Assembly: GCA_035463895.1 (NCBI GenBank)
Contig: DATHSU010000053.1
Coordinates: 1 to 45,260 of the forward strand
DNA length: 45,260 nucleotides
Source of the DNA: Ignavibacteriaceae bacterium
Lineage (GTDB): Bacteria; Bacteroidota; Ignavibacteria; Ignavibacteriales; Ignavibacteriaceae
Direction: 5' to 3'
Shown: positions 31,070 to 40,213 of the stretch, piece after piece
How positions within the stretch are numbered: position 1 is the first letter of the stretch
Layout of the letters: the number at the start of each line of letters is the position of its first letter
Made by a program: the position numbers and the translations under genes
Notes under the pieces: model-generated
The model's database searches: none
What the model was told of the DNA's origin: nothing
The model's input: only the letters and a program-made list of their open reading frames with translations

Positions 31070-31531
31070 TTAATTGATTTTATATTTTCCGATTTTTAAT
31101 GCGGCCTTAAGATATACAGGCAAAGCAGCAGAGCCGTACCAGCTATATAGATCAACATCGAGAAGTTTTGAGTTAATGGCAGGATCAGTTAGAACAAGCT
31201 CCTCAGCTTCTTTTATCGTTGGAACATTAAAAATAAAAATACCGCGATAGTTTTTTTCATTCTTTCCAAGAGGCCCTGCAACAATAAGTTTTCCTTCATC
31301 AACCAAACGACTGATGTTGTTCATATGTCCCCGAAAGCAGCTGTCGATAAATGCCTTATCGGTTGTTGTATTGCTGCCGGTTTTCAGAATTACAAGGACA
31401 TAACTTTTCATCCCGTAATCATCGGCACCTAATTTTTGTGCAAGCGTGGAGTCGTAATCGGGATTAGGATTTTGTGCAAGTGTGGAATAAGAAACAAACA
31501 GCGATAAAAGTATTATTAAAATGAATTTCAT
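31070..31531 (-). CDS. secreted YciI-like (dimeric alpha/beta barrel) protein
   Basis: Signal peptide MKFILIILLSLFVSYSTLAQ. Also YVLVILKTG...GHMNNISRLVDEGKLIVAGPL...GIFIFNV.TIKEAEELVLTDPAI...WYGSAAL. Confidence 0.6.
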   Translation of the reverse strand: MKFILIILLSLFVSYSTLAQNPNPDYDSTLAQKLGADDYGMKSYVLVILKTGSNTTTDKAFIDSCFRGHMNNISRLVDEGKLIVAGPLGKNEKNYRGIFIFNVPTIKEAEELVLTDPAINSKLLDVDLYSWYGSAALPVYLKAALKIGKYKIN

Positions 31532-31596
31532 AATAGCTCTCTACTAATGATTGAATTATTTAATTAAGAAGCAACCGGATTGCCAGGTAAAAATAA

Positions 31597-32364
31597 TTAT
31601 TTCTCAGCAATAACAAGCATTTCAAAATCTTCGGTTGTCAGCTTATCATTCCGGGAAAACGCCCCAAGCTTTGCACCGAATATATCAATTTTCTTGAAAC
31701 CAAGTGATTTAAGCAGCCACGTGATTTCGGAAGGGACATAATATCGTTCATTGCACTCAAGAGTTTTCTTATTACCGGAATCATCAACGATTTCTGTTAT
31801 GTTGTGATCACGGAATGTCATAAAATCAAATGTGTTGCTGCGGTATGTTGCATTATCGCCGACAGAAGTAACGGCACAGAATTTTTCTACTGAATGATAA
31901 AGAGGGAAAAGTCCGTTTAAAGTCGTGAATATAAATTTTGATTTATCCTTAAGAGATTTTGTTACGCTTTTCAATATCTCAAAATTCATTTCATCAGTTT
32001 CCATTAGAGGGAAACCGCCTTCGCATAGCATTACGGCGACATCAAATTCTTTATTGAAGGGCAAATCTCTCGCATCCTGTTTTTGAAAATCGATTTTAAG
32101 ATTTTCTTTAGCTGCTTTTTCCCGCGCAAGAGCAAGCTGTGATTCGGATAGATCAACTCCCGTTACAGAGTAACCTCTTTTTGTTAATTCAATTGAATGT
32201 CGTCCTGTTCCGCATCCGACATCAAGTATCCTCAATGATTTGTTATAATTCAGTTCCTGCTCTATAAAATGGCATTCACCGATCGTTCCTTGTGTGAAAG
32301 ATTCTTTATCGTAAGTCTTGGCGTAATTTTCAAAGAGAGACTCGTACCATTGTTTTTTTATCAT
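31597..32364 (-). CDS. class I SAM-dependent methyltransferase
   Basis: Motif I ILDVGCGTGRHSIEL with an acidic post-I residue in GVDLS. The track start at 32373 is GTG; the ATG at 32364 (MIKKQWYE) is preferred. Confidence 0.85.
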   Translation of the reverse strand: MIKKQWYESLFENYAKTYDKESFTQGTIGECHFIEQELNYNKSLRILDVGCGTGRHSIELTKRGYSVTGVDLSESQLALAREKAAKENLKIDFQKQDARDLPFNKEFDVAVMLCEGGFPLMETDEMNFEILKSVTKSLKDKSKFIFTTLNGLFPLYHSVEKFCAVTSVGDNATYRSNTFDFMTFRDHNITEIVDDSGNKKTLECNERYYVPSEITWLLKSLGFKKIDIFGAKLGAFSRNDKLTTEDFEMLVIAEK

Positions 32365-32381
32365 TTCTAACACCGCATAAA

Positions 32382-32852
32382 TTAAATGTTTAATTTTCCT
32401 GTTTTTTCAAGAGCTTCAGTCAATTCTTTGGTTTTATTTGTTCCAATCAGCAGTTTTTTGTTATTGATAAAATCAAGCTGCAAGCCCTGATTTCCAGATA
32501 TGTTGATTGCTTTATTTTTACCAAATCCACGCAAACCCCAGCCGCCATATTCTCCAATAGGGCTATATTGTCGAATACTACATTTAGAGATTTCGCTCCA
32601 CCTATATTCTTTAAATTTTAATTGAAACGGATAAAATCTGACATAAATTTTTTCTTCTGATATACGTGTTTCCAGGCGGAAGATTAAGAAGAGTAGAATT
32701 AAAATCAAAGTAAACACAAACGAAAGAGTTAAGATAATGTTAGGTTGAAAAATGGCAACATATAAGAACAACAAATTAATCCCTATTAAAATTGCCCACA
32801 GCCACCACTGGTTAAATCTTTGTTTTTCGGAGAAGAGAATTTTGCCTTCCAT
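32382..32852 (-). CDS. membrane protein (2 TM) with small C-terminal soluble domain, unknown function
   Basis: 156 aa. WWLWAILIGINLLFLYVAIF and LSFVFTLILILLFLIF helices, then YVRFYPF...GEYGGWGLRGFG..., possibly a bacterial PH-like fold (tentative). Confidence 0.45.
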   Translation of the reverse strand: MEGKILFSEKQRFNQWWLWAILIGINLLFLYVAIFQPNIILTLSFVFTLILILLFLIFRLETRISEEKIYVRFYPFQLKFKEYRWSEISKCSIRQYSPIGEYGGWGLRGFGKNKAINISGNQGLQLDFINNKKLLIGTNKTKELTEALEKTGKLNI

Positions 32853-33081
32853 AAAACCTAATTTTTTTTCTTTTATTCTGATAGTGTTGTTCGGATTATT
32901 TTAACGAATCATAATTTCTTTTGATGACTGTCCAACTTGCTTGTTAAATTGTGATACCGGAACTGAAAGTCTTGTGAAAAAGCCGGCCCTTTATTATTTA
33001 CTATTAAGCTTGATTATTATGTGCGATTTATTTCCTTCGTGTACAAAATCGAGAGCATTAATTTTATCTTATAAACCGGGG

Positions 33082-34185
33082 TTATTCTTCTATAATACCG
33101 TTTCTTATTGTCAGACTTATTAGTTTATATCCACCATCCGTTTTTAAAAAGTCAAAATGGTCCTGATAAAAGTCTTCTGCATTTTTACGAGTTATTACAA
33201 CATTCATAACCGGATATTTGCCTGTTAGCGGTTGTCCGCAGTTGTTGAAATAGATTTTAAATTCTTCGTCTTGAAAAATTCCTGAATTCAGCCCATCAAT
33301 AGATACGAAAAAATCCTGTTCGGGATTTTGAATCACTGAAAGCCGGTCTTTTATTAACATGAAGTTCTTTTCAATTATTTTAGTAGCAGACGCGCTGACC
33401 CAACCCTCTTCGTCTTTCCAGAATGTTAACCGGCCATAGCATACCCGGACTAAATTTTGTGTCGTAAAATTGTCGAGCAGCGAATGTTTTAACCAAATTG
33501 AAAAATCCTTTTCGTAGTTAATGAAAGAATGAATTTTTCCGTCAACTCCTGAAAAATATTCTCTGTTAGAAGCATCATCACTTTTGTCTTGCAGTTGGTG
33601 AGAATAAAAATCAAGTATTAAGCTGTCAGTAAAGTTTTCGATAATCACTCTGTTGTTTGTATCTATCAGCATAGTTTGCCCGCCTATCCAGGAAAAGTGA
33701 TTACAATCTGAATGTTGATGTTCTTCCCAATACTTTTTTTCTGCGTCTTTAAGTGCTATTACCAGGCCATTATTTACTTCCGTCATGTCATTATAAATCG
33801 CAGGAATTACAACCTCGCCATTCCTGTTAAACAATCCGACTTTTTCTGCCTTTTTATCTTTGAACCTTATAAAGGTTTCGCTTTCACAGTCAGGAGTGTT
33901 GTCAAAAAGGTAAATACTGTCCCGTCCAAACTGTCTTCCGGATTTTGTCAGATAATAAATATCAAGTTTATCATCCAATTCTTCTGAAGCAATGAAAATG
34001 TGTTCAAGCCTGATTACAAAAGAGAACCCGCTGAATTTAGGTTGAATTACAATAAGTCCGGAGTTGTCTTTAAAGCCGAATTTTTCTCCATCTTCATCCC
34101 AGAAGGCAGTCCAATAGTTGTTCTGCTGGGAATATGAAAATGTCCCGCAAAGAAGTAGAATGTATGTGAGGATTATGGTTTTCAT
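33082..34185 (-). CDS. secreted WG-repeat-like protein
   Basis: Signal peptide. KFGFKDNSGLIVIQPKF and KVGLFNRNGEVVIPAIYNDM resemble WG-containing (KWG) repeats. Confidence 0.55.
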   Translation of the reverse strand: MKTIILTYILLLCGTFSYSQQNNYWTAFWDEDGEKFGFKDNSGLIVIQPKFSGFSFVIRLEHIFIASEELDDKLDIYYLTKSGRQFGRDSIYLFDNTPDCESETFIRFKDKKAEKVGLFNRNGEVVIPAIYNDMTEVNNGLVIALKDAEKKYWEEHQHSDCNHFSWIGGQTMLIDTNNRVIIENFTDSLILDFYSHQLQDKSDDASNREYFSGVDGKIHSFINYEKDFSIWLKHSLLDNFTTQNLVRVCYGRLTFWKDEEGWVSASATKIIEKNFMLIKDRLSVIQNPEQDFFVSIDGLNSGIFQDEEFKIYFNNCGQPLTGKYPVMNVVITRKNAEDFYQDHFDFLKTDGGYKLISLTIRNGIIEE

Positions 34186-34286
34186 TTGATCATAACCATA
34201 GTATTGTATTTACGGAGTTACGGTTTTTCAACTTAAATTGTTTACAACAGAAACAAAATTCTGTTAAGCTGATATAATTCCCCGAC

Positions 34287-35057
34287 TCATTTACTTGACC
34301 TCATTATGTTTTCAAATCTAGTATTGCTTATTGGATGATGACTTATAACCTGACCATCATTTACTATACAAAAAGTTCCAAAAGCACAAGGCACACTTTG
34401 AACAGCTTTAACATCCTGCATATCAATAAGATTTGTTTTGAGTTTCAGTTTATGGGATGTTTTCATTATTGCATCAACATTCTTTATCGAATAAGGACAC
34501 TGAGGCGAACGGAAGATTGTTAATCCGTCAGAATAATCCTGTGCAGACATATTTTTGAATGAAGGATTTTTAGTCTTCGGATCAAATTTAATTGACAACA
34601 ACTCAAAATCAGGTTTTGCGATATCTACTGATTCAAATCCGTTCTTAATGAATATATCGCGTTTTGCCATGAACGAACCTTTTCTTACAACAACAGCAAC
34701 ACCATTCATTTTAGCACTCCTTGCTTCTTCAATACATTTATGAAGCAATAAAGTTGCATAGCCCTTTCCCTTAAACTCATTCCTGAACCCTACAAAAACA
34801 CAGTGAATGAACAAATAGCCTTCAGCATTCACCGGTCGGTGTGCATATTTTCCGGGAATATATTCAATCATACCCTGGTACCCACCGGTTTTTGAAAAGA
34901 GACCTTTAATTCTTAAACCTTTAGGATAGTATTCTTTAAACCACTCAATTTTTCTTCTCAACTCCAGATGCTTCTGAACATCTTTATATCCGCATACACC
35001 ATAGTCGGCAATATTAAGCGGAGTGAAGTCAATAATTTCAATATCACCATTTTTCAT
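34287..35057 (-). CDS. GNAT N-acetyltransferase with C-terminal YoaP-like domain
   Basis: GNAT core (FIHCVFVGFRNEFKGKGYATLLLHKCIEEA). C-terminal SPQCPYS...GTFCIVNDGQVISHHPIS resembles the YoaP domain of B. subtilis YoaP. Confidence 0.7.
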   Translation of the reverse strand: MKNGDIEIIDFTPLNIADYGVCGYKDVQKHLELRRKIEWFKEYYPKGLRIKGLFSKTGGYQGMIEYIPGKYAHRPVNAEGYLFIHCVFVGFRNEFKGKGYATLLLHKCIEEARSAKMNGVAVVVRKGSFMAKRDIFIKNGFESVDIAKPDFELLSIKFDPKTKNPSFKNMSAQDYSDGLTIFRSPQCPYSIKNVDAIMKTSHKLKLKTNLIDMQDVKAVQSVPCAFGTFCIVNDGQVISHHPISNTRFENIMRSSK

Positions 35058-35245
35058 TTGATTGTCTTTATTCTCAACAACGGATAATTAGTTATATAAT
35101 GTGTTTTATATTTTTTTGCTGAACTGCTCTCCGTTTGCGGGAAGAAGGATTCGGATGAGTTCATTTAACAATCGTATCTCTCTCTTTCATTATACTCTCA
35201 GTTTCTGAGCGCGCAGCTATTATTTTCTGATAATGCTCAAATCTA

Positions 35246-36085
35246 CTATCTCAATAAATGTCCCAAGCATAACTCAACAATTTCAACAGAACCGCTTTTT
35301 GCTAAAGAGATAAAATATCCTTTTTCTCTACCTTCTTTGTAAACTTCCAATCCGTTACCAAAACATTGGTAAGACAATATTTTGTTTAGTTGAATACTCA
35401 ACGGTTTGTTTCCAGGAAAAGGATGAAGTAAAAGACGTTGATTGGAAATTATAAGAACTCCCTGTGAAGTTTGGACCAGCCGATCTTCTTTGACAATATT
35501 TCCTTTATGAGCGCCAATACGATATCGAACGCCCTTAACCAAAGGAATACTTATGCCTTGCGACCCACCACTATAACCCAAGCTTACAGATCTCATTTCA
35601 TTGAGAACGGCCTTCTCTGCAAAGTGTACAACTTCGCCCTTTTTCAGAATCACTTGTGAACCCCCAGATATTTGGACATTTATCGTTGGTAAACTTTCTT
35701 CTTTCCTAATTGAGTTAACATAAATGTAAGGCCGCACCTGATCATCAAATTTTATTTCTTCGTTTGATAAATCAAAAGCATCCTGAATATTTTTTAATAC
35801 CTCGATTTCTTTTTCTTCAAGTTCTTTATCAGATTCGAATTCATTATACACTTTCAAGTATAAATTGATTAAAGATTTTTTATCATGGTTTTTTAGAATT
35901 TTCAAGAGGTTTTCAGAGATATCCTTATTCCTTATTATTTCTTCTTCTGCTTTTTTTAATTCATTAACTCTTTCTGCTTCCCTTTTTTCAAGCTCGGCCT
36001 TATTTGTCTTTTCACAATCTTCGCATAAGACCTTTCTAGAAAACAGAGATAGTTTCTTGCCACATATCTGACAAAATTTTGCCAT
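35246..36085 (-). CDS. zinc-ribbon / coiled-coil protein with C-terminal beta-rich (PH/GRAM-like?) domain
   Basis: N-terminal CQICG...CEDC four-Cys ribbon, a charged coiled coil, a helical middle part (EIEVLKNIQDAFDLSNEEI, TerB-like?), and a C-terminal ILKKGEVVHF...GVLIISNQRLLL module. Confidence 0.5.
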   Translation of the reverse strand: MAKFCQICGKKLSLFSRKVLCEDCEKTNKAELEKREAERVNELKKAEEEIIRNKDISENLLKILKNHDKKSLINLYLKVYNEFESDKELEEKEIEVLKNIQDAFDLSNEEIKFDDQVRPYIYVNSIRKEESLPTINVQISGGSQVILKKGEVVHFAEKAVLNEMRSVSLGYSGGSQGISIPLVKGVRYRIGAHKGNIVKEDRLVQTSQGVLIISNQRLLLHPFPGNKPLSIQLNKILSYQCFGNGLEVYKEGREKGYFISLAKSGSVEIVELCLGHLLR

Positions 36086-36154
36086 TTGGGAGCACCTTTT
36101 ATTTTTTAATTCTCTGATTCAACCAATTAATAAATATAAATAAGCAAATTTCTT

Positions 36155-37621
36155 TTACCCCCTCATCTCCTTAGCCATCTTATAAAGCTCCATATATTTC
36201 TCAGCAGATTTTTCCCAGCTAAAATCCAAATTCATTCCGTTAAGCTGTATTTTTTTCCAAATGTCTTTATGTTTGAATACATTTACGGCTCGCTCAACAG
36301 AACTGTAAAGCGCAAAGCTTGTATAATCATAAAATGAAAAACCATTACCGTGATCAAAACCAAAATGTTTTTCTTCGTCCCAGTCTTTCACTGTGTCGGC
36401 AAGTCCGCCTGTTTTTCTAACAATAGGAACAGTGCCGTACTTGAGACTGTAAATCTGGTTGAGTCCGCACGGTTCATAACGTGAAGGCATTAAGAACATA
36501 TCCGCACCGGCTTCAATAAGATGCGACAGCTCATTATTAAAACCAATATAAGCACCAACCTTATGCGGAAAACGCTGACTGACAATTCTGAACAGACTTT
36601 CGTATCTGTCTTCTCCGCTTCCGAGGATCATAATCTGAACATTTAATTTCATCAGATCTTCAAGTGCGCCGGCAAAAATATCAAAACCTTTCTGCTGAAC
36701 CAGCCGCGATATCATTCCAATTAACGGGACACTCTCATCAAACGGCATGTTGAAATGTTCTAAGAGAAATTTTTTGTTCTTAGTTTTTCCGCTCAGATCT
36801 TTTTTAGAGTAGCTGAATGGAAGAAAACGATCAACTTCCGGATGCCACTCGGTGTAATCAACTCCGTTTAGAATTCCGTAAACATCTTCTTTGCGTGCCC
36901 GCAGGATATTGTGTAAACCGGCTCCGTATTCTTCTGTTAAAATTTCGTGAGAGTATTTATTACTTACGGTGTTTATCAAGTCAGCAAACACAATTCCGGT
37001 TTTCATAAATGAAACAGAATCTTCAAATTCAACAGGTCCATCGGGATAGTAAAGATCACCGCGAATCTCGGCAGCCATTAAAGTTGATTTGGAAAATCTT
37101 CCCTGGTAACCGATGTTGTGAATTGTAAAAAGCGTTGCAGTATTATCAAACAAACGATCCCAGTTATAATTGTCTTTAATGTAAAGAGGAATTAATCCTG
37201 TCTGCCAGTCATTGCATTGAATAACATCAGGCGCCCATCCTAACCGTTGCAAAGTTTCAATAACTCCTTTGCTGAAAAGAATAAATCTCTCATCTTCATC
37301 GATATCGTTTGTATAAATTCTTCCACGGTGGAAGTAATGGGGACAATCAATAAAGTTAACTTCCACATTTGAATTAGGAAGTTTAGCTTGATGAAGATGG
37401 ACGGAACATACAACTCCGTTTACACGAATCGGCATTTCACCAACATCCCAGTTGAAGCGCATGCCGTGAATGGACTCATCTATTGATGAATATTTAGGAA
37501 TAAAAATCTTTACTTCACAGCCAAGCTTTTCAAGAGCTTTGGGAAGCGTACCGGTTACATCGGCTAGACCGCCGGTTTTTGCATAAGGGACACATTCGGA
37601 TGATACAAAAGCTATTTTCAT
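36155..37621 (-). CDS. glgA: glycogen synthase (ADP-glucose type, GT5)
   Basis: MKIAFVSSECVPYAKTGGLADV N-terminus (KTGGL motif), FLMPSRYEPCGLNQ and RKTGGLADTV. 488 aa. Confidence 0.93.
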   Translation of the reverse strand: MKIAFVSSECVPYAKTGGLADVTGTLPKALEKLGCEVKIFIPKYSSIDESIHGMRFNWDVGEMPIRVNGVVCSVHLHQAKLPNSNVEVNFIDCPHYFHRGRIYTNDIDEDERFILFSKGVIETLQRLGWAPDVIQCNDWQTGLIPLYIKDNYNWDRLFDNTATLFTIHNIGYQGRFSKSTLMAAEIRGDLYYPDGPVEFEDSVSFMKTGIVFADLINTVSNKYSHEILTEEYGAGLHNILRARKEDVYGILNGVDYTEWHPEVDRFLPFSYSKKDLSGKTKNKKFLLEHFNMPFDESVPLIGMISRLVQQKGFDIFAGALEDLMKLNVQIMILGSGEDRYESLFRIVSQRFPHKVGAYIGFNNELSHLIEAGADMFLMPSRYEPCGLNQIYSLKYGTVPIVRKTGGLADTVKDWDEEKHFGFDHGNGFSFYDYTSFALYSSVERAVNVFKHKDIWKKIQLNGMNLDFSWEKSAEKYMELYKMAKEMRG

Positions 37622-37811
37622 TTTAGTGATATTTTGTGTTTTAGAGATTTATTTGCAGACAGAAGAATTTGATAAACGTAACGCCGATTACAGAATTAAT
37701 TTATATTACTAAGTGAATAATAAGCTATAATGAATTAAATTTCATCTTAAATTATGAATTAATTAAGGAATCTCATTTGTTTCATCTCTTTAGAAATAAC
37801 CGGAGCATATC

Positions 37812-38600
37812 ATGAAAAAAACAATTAACGACTTATTTGTTTACACTTCAGGCAACAAAAATAATAAACCAATAATTTTTGTTCACGGATTTCCTTACGA
37901 TCACATGATGTGGAAAGAGCAAATAAAGGAGTTCAGTCAAAATTATTTCTGTGTCGCTTATGATATAAGAGGACTAGGTCAATCACCAGCCGGAAACGGA
38001 CAATTCACAATGGAATCTTTTGTTGATGACCTTGAAACAATTGTTAATGAATTGAAACCGGAGAAACCAATCTTGTGCGGACTTTCAATGGGAGGATACA
38101 TTTCTTTAAGGGCACTCGAAAGAATGCAGGATAAATTATCTGCCGCAATATTGTGCGATACAAAATCGGAAGCAGATCACAATGAAGGAAAACTTAAGCG
38201 GGCTGCCGGTATTAAAAGAATTAATACCGAAGGTCTCGCTCCTTTTGTTAAAGATTTTATAACAAATTGTTTTGGCACTTACTTCAGGCAAAACAAACAA
38301 CAAGAACTGGACAGAATAATAGAAACCTCTTCACAATATGATCCGGCAGGAGTAAAAGGATGTCTGCTCGCTATGCTTGGCAGAACAGATACAACAGCAT
38401 ACTTAGAAAAGATAAATATACCAACCCTGCTTATATGCGGTGAACAAGATTCGCTCACTCCGCCTGCAGTAATGAAAGAAATGCAGAACAGGATTAAAAA
38501 TGCCGAGTATGTTGAAATTGAAAATGCCGGGCATATGACGCCAATTGAAAAACCGGAAGAAGTCAATAGCGCAATAAAAAATTTCCTCAAGAAACTTTAA
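37812..38600 (+). CDS. alpha/beta-fold hydrolase
   Basis: HGFP oxyanion region, nucleophile elbow GLSMGG, C-terminal GHM (catalytic His). 262 aa. GGAG SD. Confidence 0.85.
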   Translation: MKKTINDLFVYTSGNKNNKPIIFVHGFPYDHMMWKEQIKEFSQNYFCVAYDIRGLGQSPAGNGQFTMESFVDDLETIVNELKPEKPILCGLSMGGYISLRALERMQDKLSAAILCDTKSEADHNEGKLKRAAGIKRINTEGLAPFVKDFITNCFGTYFRQNKQQELDRIIETSSQYDPAGVKGCLLAMLGRTDTTAYLEKINIPTLLICGEQDSLTPPAVMKEMQNRIKNAEYVEIENAGHMTPIEKPEEVNSAIKNFLKKL

Positions 38601-38688
38601 TGCTGTTTTTGGAACCTTTTAAGAGATATTTTAATTGTTAGAAATAAATCATATAAAAACTAAAAGCAATTTTACGAATGGAAAACAG

Positions 38689-39102
38689 ATGAACGATTTT
38701 GCAATATTTTTACTTCGCGTTACTTCCGGGGCATTTATGCTCTTTGCACACGGGCTGCCAAAACTAAATCGATTATTTTCCGGAGGGGAAATCAGATTTT
38801 CCGATCCACTGGGAATTGGCACAGTTCCAAGCCTGGCATTAGCGGTTTTTTCTGAATTCTTTTGTTCAATTCTGCTTATACTCGGATTATTAACAAGAGC
38901 TTCGCTGATTCCTTTAATAATCACAATGTTAGTTGCGGCTTTCATTCATCACGCAGGTGATCCGTTTCTGCAGATTGAGAAAGCTTTGTTGTTCCTTTTA
39001 ATTTTTGTTGTGTTATTTTTAACCGGACCGGGAAAATTTGCACTTGGCAGGATTGTTAAAATAAAATCTGATAATAAGTTGATTAAATACCTGTTTGAGT
39101 AG
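38689..39102 (+). CDS. DoxX-family membrane protein
   Basis: LLRVTSGAFMLFAHGLPKL and four TM helices. The track start at 38635 is TTG; the in-frame ATG at 38689 (MNDFAIFLLRV) is preferred. Confidence 0.75.
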   Translation: MNDFAIFLLRVTSGAFMLFAHGLPKLNRLFSGGEIRFSDPLGIGTVPSLALAVFSEFFCSILLILGLLTRASLIPLIITMLVAAFIHHAGDPFLQIEKALLFLLIFVVLFLTGPGKFALGRIVKIKSDNKLIKYLFE

Positions 39103-39170
39103 AAGTAAGCTACAGGGGATTGAATAATTTGAAAACCAAAAATAATTTATAATAAATCAAACGAATCACG

Positions 39171-40151
39171 ATGAAAGCCATATTAATTGATAAACCAGGT
39201 GGAGCGGAACAGCTAAAACTTGGTGAATTTCCGATGCCCGTTTGTGGTGAAGAAGAAATATTAGTTAAAGTAAAAGCAACTGCATTAAACAGAGCGGATA
39301 TATTACAAAGAGAAGGTAAGTATCCTCCGCCTGTAGGCGCAAGCCCGATATTAGGATTAGAAATGTCGGGCACTGTTGAACAGGCTGGCTCAAGGGTTTT
39401 CAAATGGAAGGCTGGAGACAGAGTTTTTGGATTGCTTCCCGGTGGTGGTTACGCGGAGTATGCAGTAATCCACGAAAATATGGCGATGAAAATTCCTGCC
39501 AATCTTCCGTATGAAGATGCAGCCGCCATACCCGAAGCATTTTTAACAGCATTTCAAGCTCTTAAATGGCTTGGTGAATTAAAAGCCGCCGAGGTTGTAC
39601 TTATTCATGCCGGGGCAAGCGGAGTCGGTACGGCAGCAATACAACTAGCCAGAGAAATCGGAGCAAAGATTGTCATTACAGCATCAAAAGAAAAACATAG
39701 GATTTGCAAGGACCTTGGCGCAGACTTAACAATCGATTATAAAACACAAAACTTTAAAGAGGAAGTTCTTAAGTTCACAAATAATTACGGTGCTGATGTC
39801 ATAATTGATTTTATCGGCGGGGCATACTTTAAACATAATGTCGAAAGTTTAACAAGAGACGGGAGGCTTGTTCTTCTTGCAACTTTATCCGGTGGAAAAG
39901 CAGAAGAATTTGATATGCGTCAGATTCTTACAAAACGATTAAAGATTGTCGGCTCTACGCTTCGTTCACGTTCACTTGATTACCAGATAAAACTAACTAA
40001 AGAGTTTAAAGAATTTGCTTATGATAAAATAAAAAAGGGAATAATTAAACCGGTTATTGATGAAGTATTTGATTGGAAGTACGTTGAACAGGCACACATA
40101 CGAATGGAAGAAAATAAAAACGCTGGAAAGATTGTTCTTAAAATTGATTAG
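39171..40151 (+). CDS. NAD(P)H:quinone oxidoreductase, medium-chain dehydrogenase/reductase family
   Basis: ALNRADILQREGKYPPP, Rossmann motif HAGASGVGTAAIQLA, C-terminal GKIVLK. 326 aa. Confidence 0.85.
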   Translation: MKAILIDKPGGAEQLKLGEFPMPVCGEEEILVKVKATALNRADILQREGKYPPPVGASPILGLEMSGTVEQAGSRVFKWKAGDRVFGLLPGGGYAEYAVIHENMAMKIPANLPYEDAAAIPEAFLTAFQALKWLGELKAAEVVLIHAGASGVGTAAIQLAREIGAKIVITASKEKHRICKDLGADLTIDYKTQNFKEEVLKFTNNYGADVIIDFIGGAYFKHNVESLTRDGRLVLLATLSGGKAEEFDMRQILTKRLKIVGSTLRSRSLDYQIKLTKEFKEFAYDKIKKGIIKPVIDEVFDWKYVEQAHIRMEENKNAGKIVLKID

Positions 40152-40213
40152 TAGTTTCTGAGCTGATAAAAATAATTTTCCGCTTTGACGAATAAAATCG
40201 AATCAAACCAGGC

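Noticed and set aside
34246-34265. Hairpin AACAGAA-acaaaa-TTCTGTT downstream of the GNAT-YoaP gene as a terminator
   Set aside because: The stem is a 7-bp AT-rich one without an adjacent U-tract on the transcribed strand. Too weak to annotate.
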